DNA of 62,437 nt, taken from contig JANNWY010000205.1 in assembly GCA_031409335.1 (NCBI GenBank), positions 1 to 62,437 on the forward strand, in the 5' to 3' direction. Shown piece by piece: positions 53,984 through 62,437 of the stretch (positions are counted from its first letter, which is position 1; each line of letters begins with the position of its first letter). The notes below the pieces were generated by a model, which worked only from the letters and a program-made list of their open reading frames with translations, had not been told where the DNA came from and did no database searches. Both the position numbers and the translations under genes were made by a program. The stretch is from Chthoniobacteraceae bacterium. Lineage in GTDB: Bacteria; Verrucomicrobiota; Verrucomicrobiia; Chthoniobacterales; Chthoniobacteraceae.

Positions 53984-54960
53984 AAACCCGCTTTGCCTTT
54001 GCCGGATTCCGGCACGCCCACATCCTCGATCTTCTCGCCGGTGTGAAAGAGCGCGGTGATACCGAAGTCGTCGCCTTCTGCGAAGAAGACGCCGCCACGC
54101 GAGCTGCCCTCGGCGTCCACATCACGCACACCGATTTCGCGACAATGCTGCGCGAGGTGGACTGCGACGTCATCGCCATCGGCGACTACTATTCCCGGCG
54201 CGGATCGCTCGCCATCGCCGCGCTCCGCGCCGGCCGTCACGTCCTCAGCGACAAACCACTTTGCACCACGCTCGACGAGCAAACCGTCATCGAATCGCTC
54301 GCCGCCGAGCGCCAGCTCCAGGTCGGCCTCCAGCTCGATTCGCGCGACTACGCGGCCTTCCGCACGCTCCACCAAATCCTCGCCAGCGGCGAGATCGGCG
54401 AAGTCTGCACCGTCCGCATCGATGGCCAGCATCCCCTGCTTCCCGGCACCCGGCCCGGCTGGTATTTCGAGCCCGGAAAACACGGCGGCACGATCAACGA
54501 CATCGGCATTCACGCGTTCGATTTCATCCCCTGGCTCACCGGCCTCGGCTGGCGGAAAATCGACGCCGCCCGCACCTGGAATGGCAAAGCCCGCGACCAC
54601 CCGCATTTCCAAGACTGCGCCCAACTCATGGCCACGCTCGACAACGGCGCGGGCGTCCTCGCCGACTTCTCGTATCTCGCGCCCGACCGCCTTGGCTACA
54701 AACTCCCGCACTACTGGCACGTCCTCATCCACGGCACCCACGGCCTCGCCGAGGCGCACCTCCAAGCCGAGCACGTCACCGTCATCACCGATACCAGCGC
54801 CATCCCCGAAATCCGTCCCGTGGTGGAAAAGCGGACGCGCGGTTACCTCGACGACTTCCTCCGCGAATTGCGCGGCGAATCCCCCAGCCTCACCACCGCA
54901 AAATGCCTGCAAGCGTCGCGCCTCGCCCTGGAGGCGCAAGGCATCGCCGATCGTGGATAA
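53980..54960 (+). CDS. Gfo/Idh/MocA family oxidoreductase
   Basis: AGRHVLSDKP, GG..NDIGIH..D. Confidence 0.9.
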   Translation: MKTRFAFAGFRHAHILDLLAGVKERGDTEVVAFCEEDAATRAALGVHITHTDFATMLREVDCDVIAIGDYYSRRGSLAIAALRAGRHVLSDKPLCTTLDEQTVIESLAAERQLQVGLQLDSRDYAAFRTLHQILASGEIGEVCTVRIDGQHPLLPGTRPGWYFEPGKHGGTINDIGIHAFDFIPWLTGLGWRKIDAARTWNGKARDHPHFQDCAQLMATLDNGAGVLADFSYLAPDRLGYKLPHYWHVLIHGTHGLAEAHLQAEHVTVITDTSAIPEIRPVVEKRTRGYLDDFLRELRGESPSLTTAKCLQASRLALEAQGIADRG

Positions 54961-55026
54961 CCCGGCGGTCGGCGATTGAAATGCACCTTTTCAAGCCCGG
55001 CGGACGAAAGTAGAGACGCCGTTCCC

Positions 55027-56295
55027 ATGCGCATTCTCCGCCATTCCGACAAAGGATTTTCCAAAGCTCTCACTGCTCTTCAGCGGAACTCCGCGCCATC
55101 GCCGGAGGTCGAGAAAACGGTGCGCGAAATCATTGCGGACGTGCGTGCGCGCGGCGATGCGGCGCTGCTGGAATACACCGCGAAATTTGGCGGGCCGACG
55201 ATTTTGGCAAAGCAATTGCGCGTCGCGCGGAAACCGGCGGTGGATGCGGCGACGAAGCGCGCAATCGTGGCGGCACACGCAAACGTGCGCGATTTCGCGA
55301 AGCGCAGCCTGCGCAAGAACTGGAGCATGCGAAACCGGCAGGGCGCGTTGGTCGGCGAGCGGTTCGATCCGTTTCAGCGCGTGGGAATTTACGTGCCGGG
55401 CGGCACCGCGCCGCTCGTTTCAACGGCGGTGATGACGGTGACGCTCGCGGCTGCCGCCGGAGTGCCGGAGATCGTGGTGACGACGCCGTCCGATCGCGAC
55501 GGACGCAACAATGACGCGCTGCTGTTCGCGCTCGCGCACTGCGGGGCGACCGAGGTCTATCAAGTCGGCGGCGCGCAGGCCATCGCCGCGCTCGCGTATG
55601 GCACGAAGACCATCGCGCCCGTGCAGAAAATCTTCGGCCCGGGGAATGCGTATGTCGTGGAAGCGAAGCGCCAGGTCTTCGGACAGGTCGCGATCGATCT
55701 GCTGCCGGGGCCGAGCGAAATCCTCGTGCTCGCCGATGCCAGCGCGAACGCCGCGTGGATCGCCAGCGATCTGCTGGCGCAGGCGGAACACGGCAAGGGC
55801 AGCTCGATCCTTTTCGTCACCAATTCCGCCCCGCTGCTGGCGCGTGTGGAAAAGCAGATCGCCGCGCAACTCGCCACCCTTTCACGGCAGGCGCATCTCG
55901 CGCCCGTGCTCGCGCAGGATTGCGCGCTCATCCTCGTGCGAACGCTTGCCGATGCCGTCGCCATCGCGAATGACTTCGCACCCGAGCACATCTCCATCGC
56001 GACGCGGGACGACGCGAAAATCGCCGCACAAATCTGCACCGCGGGCGCGATTTTTCTCGGCGGCTGGTCGCCCGTCGCGGCGGGTGATTTTCTGGCCGGG
56101 CCGAGCCACACCCTGCCGACCGGCGGCGCGGGAAAATCCTTCCCTGGCCTCACCGCCGACATGTTTCAGCGGCGCACGAGCATCGTCCGCCTCGACGAAA
56201 AATCGCTCCGCAAATCGGTGGCGACGATCACGCAATTCAGCGCGCTCGAGGGCCTCGACGCGCACGGCCGCTCCGCGGCGATCCGCCTGGAGTAG
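55027..56295 (+). CDS. hisD: Histidinol dehydrogenase
   Basis: GIYVPGG, GGAQAIAA.AYG, GPGN.YV, GPSE, DLLAQAEH, APEH, H.LPT.G. Confidence 0.93.
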   Translation: MRILRHSDKGFSKALTALQRNSAPSPEVEKTVREIIADVRARGDAALLEYTAKFGGPTILAKQLRVARKPAVDAATKRAIVAAHANVRDFAKRSLRKNWSMRNRQGALVGERFDPFQRVGIYVPGGTAPLVSTAVMTVTLAAAAGVPEIVVTTPSDRDGRNNDALLFALAHCGATEVYQVGGAQAIAALAYGTKTIAPVQKIFGPGNAYVVEAKRQVFGQVAIDLLPGPSEILVLADASANAAWIASDLLAQAEHGKGSSILFVTNSAPLLARVEKQIAAQLATLSRQAHLAPVLAQDCALILVRTLADAVAIANDFAPEHISIATRDDAKIAAQICTAGAIFLGGWSPVAAGDFLAGPSHTLPTGGAGKSFPGLTADMFQRRTSIVRLDEKSLRKSVATITQFSALEGLDAHGRSAAIRLE

Positions 56296-56304
56296 CCATC
56301 CACC

Positions 56305-56913
56305 TTACTTCTCCGGCACGATCGTCTTCTCCGCGCGCAGCGTATTGTAGCTCGGGAAAAATCCTTCGACCGTGTAGCTCTGCCCGGCGCTCAGTTCGCG
56401 CGTCGCGACTTCCACGGAGTACTCCGCCCGCTCACTCGGATTGATCGCGACCACCGTCGGATCGCTCGTGAAGGGCTGGTCGTCGGACCATTTTTCGATC
56501 GTCTTGCCGACGTTGTTTTTGATGAGCACCTCGATCCGCTGCGAAGTCGGAAAATCCAGCGGCGCGAGCTTCTTCCCGTGATTGACCAATGTCAGCGTCA
56601 CTTTCAGGCGGTTCGCCTCGGAGAGCTTCAGCGGCAGTGGTGAAAGCTTCAGTTCCACCGCGAGCTGCCCCTTGTTTTTACCCGCGGTGCCTTTCCCTCC
56701 GCCAAAGGGATGCAGCACGCGATTCATGATCCCCGGTTTTTTTTCCGCCGCGGGCGCAGGTGTTACATCCGTCTTCGGTTTGCCGCCACCAAACGGGTGC
56801 ATGATCCGATTCAAGATTCCCGGCTTCTTTTCCGGCGCGGGCGTTGCATCCGCCGCTAAAACATGGGCAGCGGCGAGTGAGACGGCGCAGCAGAGCGCGA
56901 GGGAGAATTTCAT
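56305..56913 (-). CDS. Secreted protein with a BsuPI-like (intracellular proteinase inhibitor) Ig-fold domain
   Basis: Signal peptide, duplicated linker, then LTL.N......LDFPTSQR.E......G.....WS....F. Confidence 0.65.
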   Translation of the reverse strand: MKFSLALCCAVSLAAAHVLAADATPAPEKKPGILNRIMHPFGGGKPKTDVTPAPAAEKKPGIMNRVLHPFGGGKGTAGKNKGQLAVELKLSPLPLKLSEANRLKVTLTLVNHGKKLAPLDFPTSQRIEVLIKNNVGKTIEKWSDDQPFTSDPTVVAINPSERAEYSVEVATRELSAGQSYTVEGFFPSYNTLRAEKTIVPEK

Positions 56914-56979
56914 CGACGACGATTAAGGCAGCGTCCTCGCGGGTTGCAAATGGCAATTCGTTTTCCCACAGTCGGCGAC

Positions 56980-57486
56980 ATGCGCACCGCTCATCTCCTG
57001 CTTCTCACGCTCGCAGTCGGCAGCTTTGCTTTTGCAAAAAAGCCGGCCATCACCGTGCGTTTTCACGTCGAGGCAAACGAACGCGACGGACAGCCGTTCG
57101 CGATGCCGGTGACTTTCCACAATCCCGAGCGGAAAGGATTCATGACGCAGATTCCCACGATCTCCGAACGCAACATCGCCGCGATCTTTCCGTTTCGCGG
57201 CGACGACGGGAGCTGGGGATGCGCCTTCAAGCTGGATAACTTCGGACGCACCGCACTCGAGACGATGAGCCTCTCGCATCGCGGAGCCAGCGTCGTCGTA
57301 TTTGTCGGGACGAAAACCGGCACCCATCAAGTCATCGACATGATCGTGGACAAGGTGATCCGCGACGGCATCATCAGCATCCCCCGCGGACTCACGGACA
57401 TGGAAATCGCGGCGCTGGAGAAGGAATACAAGGTCATGGGACAGGTCGGAAAAAAGAAGCAGGCCAAGGCAGCAAGTGATCAGTGA
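56980..57486 (+). CDS. Hypothetical secreted protein
   Basis: Signal peptide, codon usage like its neighbours, GTGA-coupled to the next gene. Confidence 0.7.
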   Translation: MRTAHLLLLTLAVGSFAFAKKPAITVRFHVEANERDGQPFAMPVTFHNPERKGFMTQIPTISERNIAAIFPFRGDDGSWGCAFKLDNFGRTALETMSLSHRGASVVVFVGTKTGTHQVIDMIVDKVIRDGIISIPRGLTDMEIAALEKEYKVMGQVGKKKQAKAASDQ

Positions 57487-58430
57487 ATTTCCTTTCGCTC
57501 CTCGCCACCGTCGCGCCGGTCTTCCTCATCATCGGCGCAGGCTTCGGCATCCGCCGCGTCGAGTGGCTTTCGGCGGAAGCCGATGCGTCCTTGCTGCGCA
57601 TCGTCGTCAACCTGCTTTTCCCCTGCCTCATCCTCGATACAATCCTCGGAAACGAAGCAATGCGGCAGGCGGGCAATCTCCTGCTCGCGCCTGCGGCTGG
57701 CTTTGGGACGGTGGCGCTGGGCTTCGGACTCTCGTGGCTCGTCGCGCCGCTGCTGGGGCTGCGCGATGAACGGGCGCGCCGCACGTTCGCGTTCACGACT
57801 GGCCTCTACAACTACGGCTACATTCCGCTGCCCCTCGTCGCGAAACTCTTCGACGAGCGGACCACGGCTGTCCTTTTCCTGCACAATGTCGGCGTCGAAA
57901 CCGCGCTGTGGACGCTCGGGCTGCTCGTGATCTCCGGACGCTCGCCGGAGCATCCACTGCGGCGGATTTTCAACATCCCCGTCCTCGCAATCGGCGTGGC
58001 CGTCGCCCTGCATTTTGCCGGCGGGCGCGCGTGGCTTCCGCCGTGGGTTTTGAGTGCGGTCCACAGCATGGGTGCCGCGGCGATTCCGATGGGGCTCATC
58101 CTGACGGGCGCGACTTTTTGCGACGAAGCGCGCCACGTTTCCATGCGTGGCGCCGCGCGCGATTCCATCGGCGCTTGCCTGCTCCGACTCGGCGTGCTGC
58201 CGCTCCTCATGCTCACCGCGGCACGCTGGCTGCCATGTTCCGAACAGCTCCGCCACGTCATGCTCATCCAGGCCGCGATGCCATGCGCGGTGATTCCCGT
58301 GATCCTCGCGAAGCACTACGGCGGCGACCCGGCGATGGCGCTGCGCATCATCCTCTGCACATCCGCCGCCGGGCTTCTGACGATCCCGTTGTGGCTCCAG
58401 TTTGGCCTGGCATGGCTGGGCGCAAAGTAG
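57483..58430 (+). CDS. AEC (auxin efflux carrier) family transporter
   Basis: PVFLIIG.G, PCLI, NYGYIPLP, IQAAMP; about 10 TMs. Confidence 0.9.
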   Translation: MNFLSLLATVAPVFLIIGAGFGIRRVEWLSAEADASLLRIVVNLLFPCLILDTILGNEAMRQAGNLLLAPAAGFGTVALGFGLSWLVAPLLGLRDERARRTFAFTTGLYNYGYIPLPLVAKLFDERTTAVLFLHNVGVETALWTLGLLVISGRSPEHPLRRIFNIPVLAIGVAVALHFAGGRAWLPPWVLSAVHSMGAAAIPMGLILTGATFCDEARHVSMRGAARDSIGACLLRLGVLPLLMLTAARWLPCSEQLRHVMLIQAAMPCAVIPVILAKHYGGDPAMALRIILCTSAAGLLTIPLWLQFGLAWLGAK

Positions 58431-58476
58431 ACGGGCACTTGATCTTCACCGCGATTCCACCTACTCGTCGCCGCCC

Positions 58477-59805
58477 GTGAGCAAGGCCTTCACTTCCCGC
58501 CCGGCGCGCGTTTCTCTGGTGACCGCGACGTGCATCGTCGTGTCGAACATGATCGGCACCGGCGTGTTCACGAGCCTGCATTTTCAAGTCGGGCCGCTGC
58601 CTTCCGGCTTTGCAATCCTCGTCCTGTGGCTGATCGGCGGCGTGTGCGCATTGTGCGGCGCGCTGGCATACGCCGAGCTCGCGGCGGCGCTGCCGCGCTC
58701 TGGCGGCGAGTATCATTTTCTCTCGAAGGCATTCCATCCCGCGGTCGGATTTCTCGCAGGCTGGCTGTCGGCGACGGTCGGTTTTGCCGCGCCGATCGCG
58801 GCGGCGGCGATGGCTTTTGGAAAATACTTTGCCGATGCGCTGCCGGGCGCGTCGCCGCTGGCGCTCTCGCTCGCGGTCTGCGTGCTCGTCACGCTGGTGC
58901 ATTTGCGGGGCACGGATTTGGGCGCGGCTTTTCAAAATGGCGCGACCGCTTTGAAGGTGGCGCTGATCGTGATTTTCATCGTCGCGGGCGCATTCGTAAA
59001 ATCGGTGCCGGGCATTTCCTTCACGCCGCATCCGGGCGCGATGGACCTCATCGTGAGTCCGCCGTTCGCGTTCAGCCTCGTCTTCGTGATGTATGCCTAC
59101 TCGGGCTGGAATGCGGCGACTTACATCGTCGGCGAGGTGCGCGATCCGGCGCGCAACGTGCCAATCGCGATCACCCTCGGCACGCTGATCGTCGTCGCGC
59201 TTTACCTCGCTTTGAATGCCACGTTCCTCCGCGTCGCGCCGCTGTCCGAACTCGGCGCCGTCGGAAAAATCGAAGTCGGCTATGTCGCCGCCACGCACAT
59301 TTTCGGGGAAACCGGCGGGCGCATCATGGCCGGGCTGATCTGTCTCGGGCTCGTCGCGTCGATCAGCGCGATGACGTGGATCGGGCCGCGGGTGAGCATG
59401 GCGATGGGTGAAGATCACCGCCTGCTCGCGCCACTCGCGCGAAAGACCCGCGCCGGCGTGCCCGCGATCGCGATGCTGCTTCAGTTGGTTTTCGTCACTG
59501 CGCTGCTGCTCACGGCGTCGTTCGATCAGATCATCAACTATGTGCAATTCAGCCTCACGCTCTGCTCCATGCTCGCCGTCATCGGCGTCTTTGTGCTGCG
59601 CGTGCGGCAGCCGGATTTGCCGCGGCCATATCGCACGTGGGGTTATCCGGTGACGCCGCTGATCTTCCTCGCGATCAGTGCGTGGATGCTCGTCTTTACC
59701 TGGCAGCAGCATCGCAAGGAATCGCTCGCCGGATTCGCCACGCTGCTGATCGGGCTTGCCATCTTCGCAGTTTCTCCCAAAAAGCGGGCCGAAGCAGAGT
59801 CTTAA
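58477..59805 (+). CDS. APC-family amino acid permease
   Basis: NMIGTGVF, YAEL.AA.P.SGG.Y, YAYSGWN, P.L.RPYR.WGYP; GTG start. Confidence 0.92.
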   Translation: MSKAFTSRPARVSLVTATCIVVSNMIGTGVFTSLHFQVGPLPSGFAILVLWLIGGVCALCGALAYAELAAALPRSGGEYHFLSKAFHPAVGFLAGWLSATVGFAAPIAAAAMAFGKYFADALPGASPLALSLAVCVLVTLVHLRGTDLGAAFQNGATALKVALIVIFIVAGAFVKSVPGISFTPHPGAMDLIVSPPFAFSLVFVMYAYSGWNAATYIVGEVRDPARNVPIAITLGTLIVVALYLALNATFLRVAPLSELGAVGKIEVGYVAATHIFGETGGRIMAGLICLGLVASISAMTWIGPRVSMAMGEDHRLLAPLARKTRAGVPAIAMLLQLVFVTALLLTASFDQIINYVQFSLTLCSMLAVIGVFVLRVRQPDLPRPYRTWGYPVTPLIFLAISAWMLVFTWQQHRKESLAGFATLLIGLAIFAVSPKKRAEAES

Positions 59806-60872
59806 TGAAAATCATACCCATCCTCATTGCGGCGCTCGTCGCCAGCGCCCACGCCACGGCCAGCGCCAAACCGAAAGCGTCCGCCACACCCATCCCGATC
59901 TCACCCACCGCACCGCCGCGCGCGGAGGCCGTCATTCCGCCGGACGAAGCCGCGCGTTTTCTCGCGGGCATGCCGGTCACCGGCATTCTCGAGCCGCTCA
60001 CGCGCACCGCGGCGTGGCAGGCCCATGCCGGGGAATTCAACGCCGCATGGCAGCGCATGGAGACGCGGCAACTTTCCAAAGTGCGCGTCTGGGCGCACGG
60101 CGTCCCGTCCGCAAACACGCTCCACTACTTTTTCAGTGGCCCCGATTTTCTCTACGCCGATCTCATCTTCCCGGATGTCTCCACCTATGTCCTGTGCGCG
60201 ATCGAGCCCGTCGGCGGAGTCGCAAATCTCTCCAGCCTGAGCGAGTCCGCGCTCGCCGGGTCGCTCGGGAATCTGCGCACAAGCCTCGGCAGCATCATGC
60301 GGTATCACTACTTCATCACAAAGGAGCTGCGCGCCGATCTCACGCGCGATCGCATCAGCGGCACGCTCCCGCTGCTCTACGTTTTCCTCGCGCGCGGCGG
60401 CCACACCATTCGCAGCGTCACACCCGTGCCGGATGGCGTGAAAATCATCTTCAAGGCCGCGGGCGGCGGCGCCAAGACGCTCTACTATTTCCGCACCGAC
60501 CTCTCGAACGGCGCGAACAACGCGGCCTTCTTCGACCTTTGCAAAAAACAGCGCGGAGCCGTCGCGCTGCTCAAGGCCGCCTCCTATCTCCTGCACACCC
60601 CCGGCTTCTCGCGCTGCCGCGATTTTCTCCTGCAAAACTCGAGCGCCATCGTGCAGGACGATTCCGGCATCCCGTTCCGCGATTTTGCGGCGAAGGACTG
60701 GAGCGTCAAACTTTTCGGCACCTACAAGGGAACGCAGGGAATCTTCGCGAAATACAGTCAGCCGGACCTGCTCGGCACCTATCGCGGCATCGTCTCCGCA
60801 CCGCTCGGGTTTGCATTTGGCTACGAGGCCAATCCAGACCGCGGCACGCTGATGATCGCGCAAAAAAAGTAA
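59805..60872 (+). CDS. Conserved-looking secreted hypothetical protein
   Basis: Signal peptide, TAATG coupling, enzyme-like motifs YFFSGPDFLY, LLKAASYLLH, QDDSGIP. Confidence 0.75.
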   Translation: MKIIPILIAALVASAHATASAKPKASATPIPISPTAPPRAEAVIPPDEAARFLAGMPVTGILEPLTRTAAWQAHAGEFNAAWQRMETRQLSKVRVWAHGVPSANTLHYFFSGPDFLYADLIFPDVSTYVLCAIEPVGGVANLSSLSESALAGSLGNLRTSLGSIMRYHYFITKELRADLTRDRISGTLPLLYVFLARGGHTIRSVTPVPDGVKIIFKAAGGGAKTLYYFRTDLSNGANNAAFFDLCKKQRGAVALLKAASYLLHTPGFSRCRDFLLQNSSAIVQDDSGIPFRDFAAKDWSVKLFGTYKGTQGIFAKYSQPDLLGTYRGIVSAPLGFAFGYEANPDRGTLMIAQKK

Positions 60873-60908
60873 TCGCACGGTCCGAGGCGGCTGCCTAACG
60901 TCGCTGCC

Positions 60909-61370
60909 ATGAAAATCCTCTCCTTCGCAAAAATATGCTGTGCGGCTGCCATCGCGACTGCCAGCGTCCCGACCCTCATGGCTGAATCCGAACTCGAAAA
61001 AGGTGAAGCGTTTTTGAAAGAGAACGCGAAAAAAGAAGGCGTCAAAACAACCGCCACCGGTCTGCAATACAAGGTGCTCACGGAAGGCACGGGCAAAAGC
61101 CCGAAGGCCACCGATGAAGTGGTGGTCCACTACAAAGGCACGTTCATCGACGGCAAGGAATTCGACAGTTCCTACAAGCGCAATCAGCCCGCGGAGTTCC
61201 CATTGAACGGTGTCATTGCTGGATGGACCGAGGGCGTGCAGTTGATGAAGGAAGGCGCGAAGTACCAGTTCGCGATTCCGTTTAAGCTGGCCTACGGCGA
61301 GCGCGGTCGTCCGGGCATCCCGCCGAACTCGATGCTCCTGTTCGACATCGAGCTGATCAAGGTGAAGTAA
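60909..61370 (+). CDS. FKBP-type peptidyl-prolyl cis-trans isomerase
   Basis: GLQYKV..EG.G, VHYKG, FDSSY.R, VI.GWTEG, LAYG, IPPNS.L.FDIEL. Confidence 0.95.
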   Translation: MKILSFAKICCAAAIATASVPTLMAESELEKGEAFLKENAKKEGVKTTATGLQYKVLTEGTGKSPKATDEVVVHYKGTFIDGKEFDSSYKRNQPAEFPLNGVIAGWTEGVQLMKEGAKYQFAIPFKLAYGERGRPGIPPNSMLLFDIELIKVK

Positions 61371-61446
61371 CGCGGGCGAGCGGCTTCCCGCCCCGTCAAT
61401 CGTTTGTGCGCTTCCGCCGTGTTCCTCACGGTGCCATCTCCTTTTT

Positions 61447-62437
61447 ATGTTCGAACAAGCCTTCAAAAACATCGACGACGTCCTCTGGAAAGATGCCGGC
61501 TGCACCAGTGAACTCGATTACACAGAGCAGACCTCCTGGCTGCTCTTCTTGAAATACCTCGACGCCCTGGAGCACGACAAGGCCACCGAGGCCGCCCTCG
61601 ACGGCAAGAAATACACCCACATCCTCGGCGCGCCCTACCGCTGGGAATCGTGGGCCGCGCCGAGGAGCCACGACACTCCTGTCGTGTCCGCCTCCTTACG
61701 ACAAGAGTGTCGTAGCTCCATCGACCACAACACCGCACTCACCGGCGACGACCTCATCGCCTTCGTCAACGGCAAGCTCTTCCCCTACCTGCACGGCTTC
61801 AAGGCCAAGGCCACCGGCCCGAACACCATCGAATACAAGATCGGCGAAATCTTCGGCGAGATTAAGAACCGCATCCAGAGCGGCTACAATCTGCGCGAAA
61901 TCATCGACCACATCGACGAACTCCGCTTCCAGTCCCAGACCGAGAAGCACGAGCTCTCGCACCTCTACGAAGCCAAGATCAAAAACATGGGTAACGCCGG
62001 GCGCAACGGCGGCGAGTATTACACCCCGCGCCCGCTCATTCGCGCCATCGTCGCCGTCACCGCGCCCCGGCTTGGCGAGACCATCTGCGACCCCGCCGTC
62101 GGCTCGGCCGGTTTCCTCTGCGAATCCTTCGATTACCTCCGCGCCCAGAACCCCAAGCGCACCGTGGCGCAGGATCGCTTCCTGCAAGAGCACACGCTTT
62201 ACGGGAAGGAAAAGAAGTCCCTCGCCTACGTCATCGCGATCATGAACATGATCCTGCACGGCATCGAAGCGCCCAATATCATCCACACCAACACACTCGC
62301 CGAGAACCTCGCCGACGTGCAGGAAAAGGACCGCGTCCACATCCTCGTCGCCAATCCGCCTTTCGGCGGCAAGGAGCGCAAGGAAGTGCAGCAAAACTTC
62401 CCCATCCGCACCGGCGAGACCGCGTTCCTCTTCCTCC
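61447..62437 (+). CDS. hsdM: Type I restriction-modification methyltransferase subunit (partial, runs off the right edge)
   Basis: Translated by hand: MFEQAFKNIDD...WLLFLKY...GEYYTPRPLI...DPAVGSAGFL...MNMILHG...ANPPFGG. No stop before the window end, so it is absent from the ORF track. Confidence 0.92.
   Translation, partial: MFEQAFKNIDDVLWKDAGCTSELDYTEQTSWLLFLKYLDALEHDKATEAALDGKKYTHILGAPYRWESWAAPRSHDTPVVSASLRQECRSSIDHNTALTGDDLIAFVNGKLFPYLHGFKAKATGPNTIEYKIGEIFGEIKNRIQSGYNLREIIDHIDELRFQSQTEKHELSHLYEAKIKNMGNAGRNGGEYYTPRPLIRAIVAVTAPRLGETICDPAVGSAGFLCESFDYLRAQNPKRTVAQDRFLQEHTLYGKEKKSLAYVIAIMNMILHGIEAPNIIHTNTLAENLADVQEKDRVHILVANPPFGGKERKEVQQNFPIRTGETAFLFL
61664..61719. repeat. REP-like palindrome, family C, inside hsdM
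   Basis: GGAGCCACGACACTCCTGTCGTG-N10-TACGACAAGAGTGTCGTAGCTCC; 20 of 23 positions are complementary. Confidence 0.85.

Noticed and set aside
61696..62394. Minus-strand 232-aa ORF
   Set aside because: It is the antisense shadow of hsdM, which is on the plus strand.

Overview
This is a GC-rich bacterial chromosome segment. Gene families and repeat types point to Verrucomicrobiota, probably Chthoniobacterales-like (inference). It holds about 47 CDS and no rRNA, tRNA or CRISPR that I can see. Ordinary content includes three ECF sigma genes (one truncated), a DUF1552 protein, a membrane-fused spermidine synthase-like protein, arsR-pstSCAB, three hybrid histidine kinases, gntK-mrdA-zwf-opcA, apt, nagA-nagB-oxidoreductase-hisD, transporters, an FKBP PPIase and the start of a type I hsdM. 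A small decaying islet at about 13.9-15.3 kb has a DUF6036-like pair with an amber stop and an IS66 remnant. The most striking feature is the minus-strand MoxR-DUF58-BatA-vWA-coiled-coil-prenyltransferase operon (23.0-38.9 kb): all five internal core-gene junctions carry heptamer-repeat elements. Four are inverted-repeat cassettes with small GC hairpin caps; one encloses a four-helix-bundle gene, one sits beside an MNT-HEPN toxin-antitoxin pair, and two are empty. Each element is crossed by a reading frame that starts on the upstream gene's stop codon. REP-like palindromes also sit in frame inside two proteins (hsdM and the prenyltransferase-repeat protein). All family calls come from motif recognition by eye; no database search was run.
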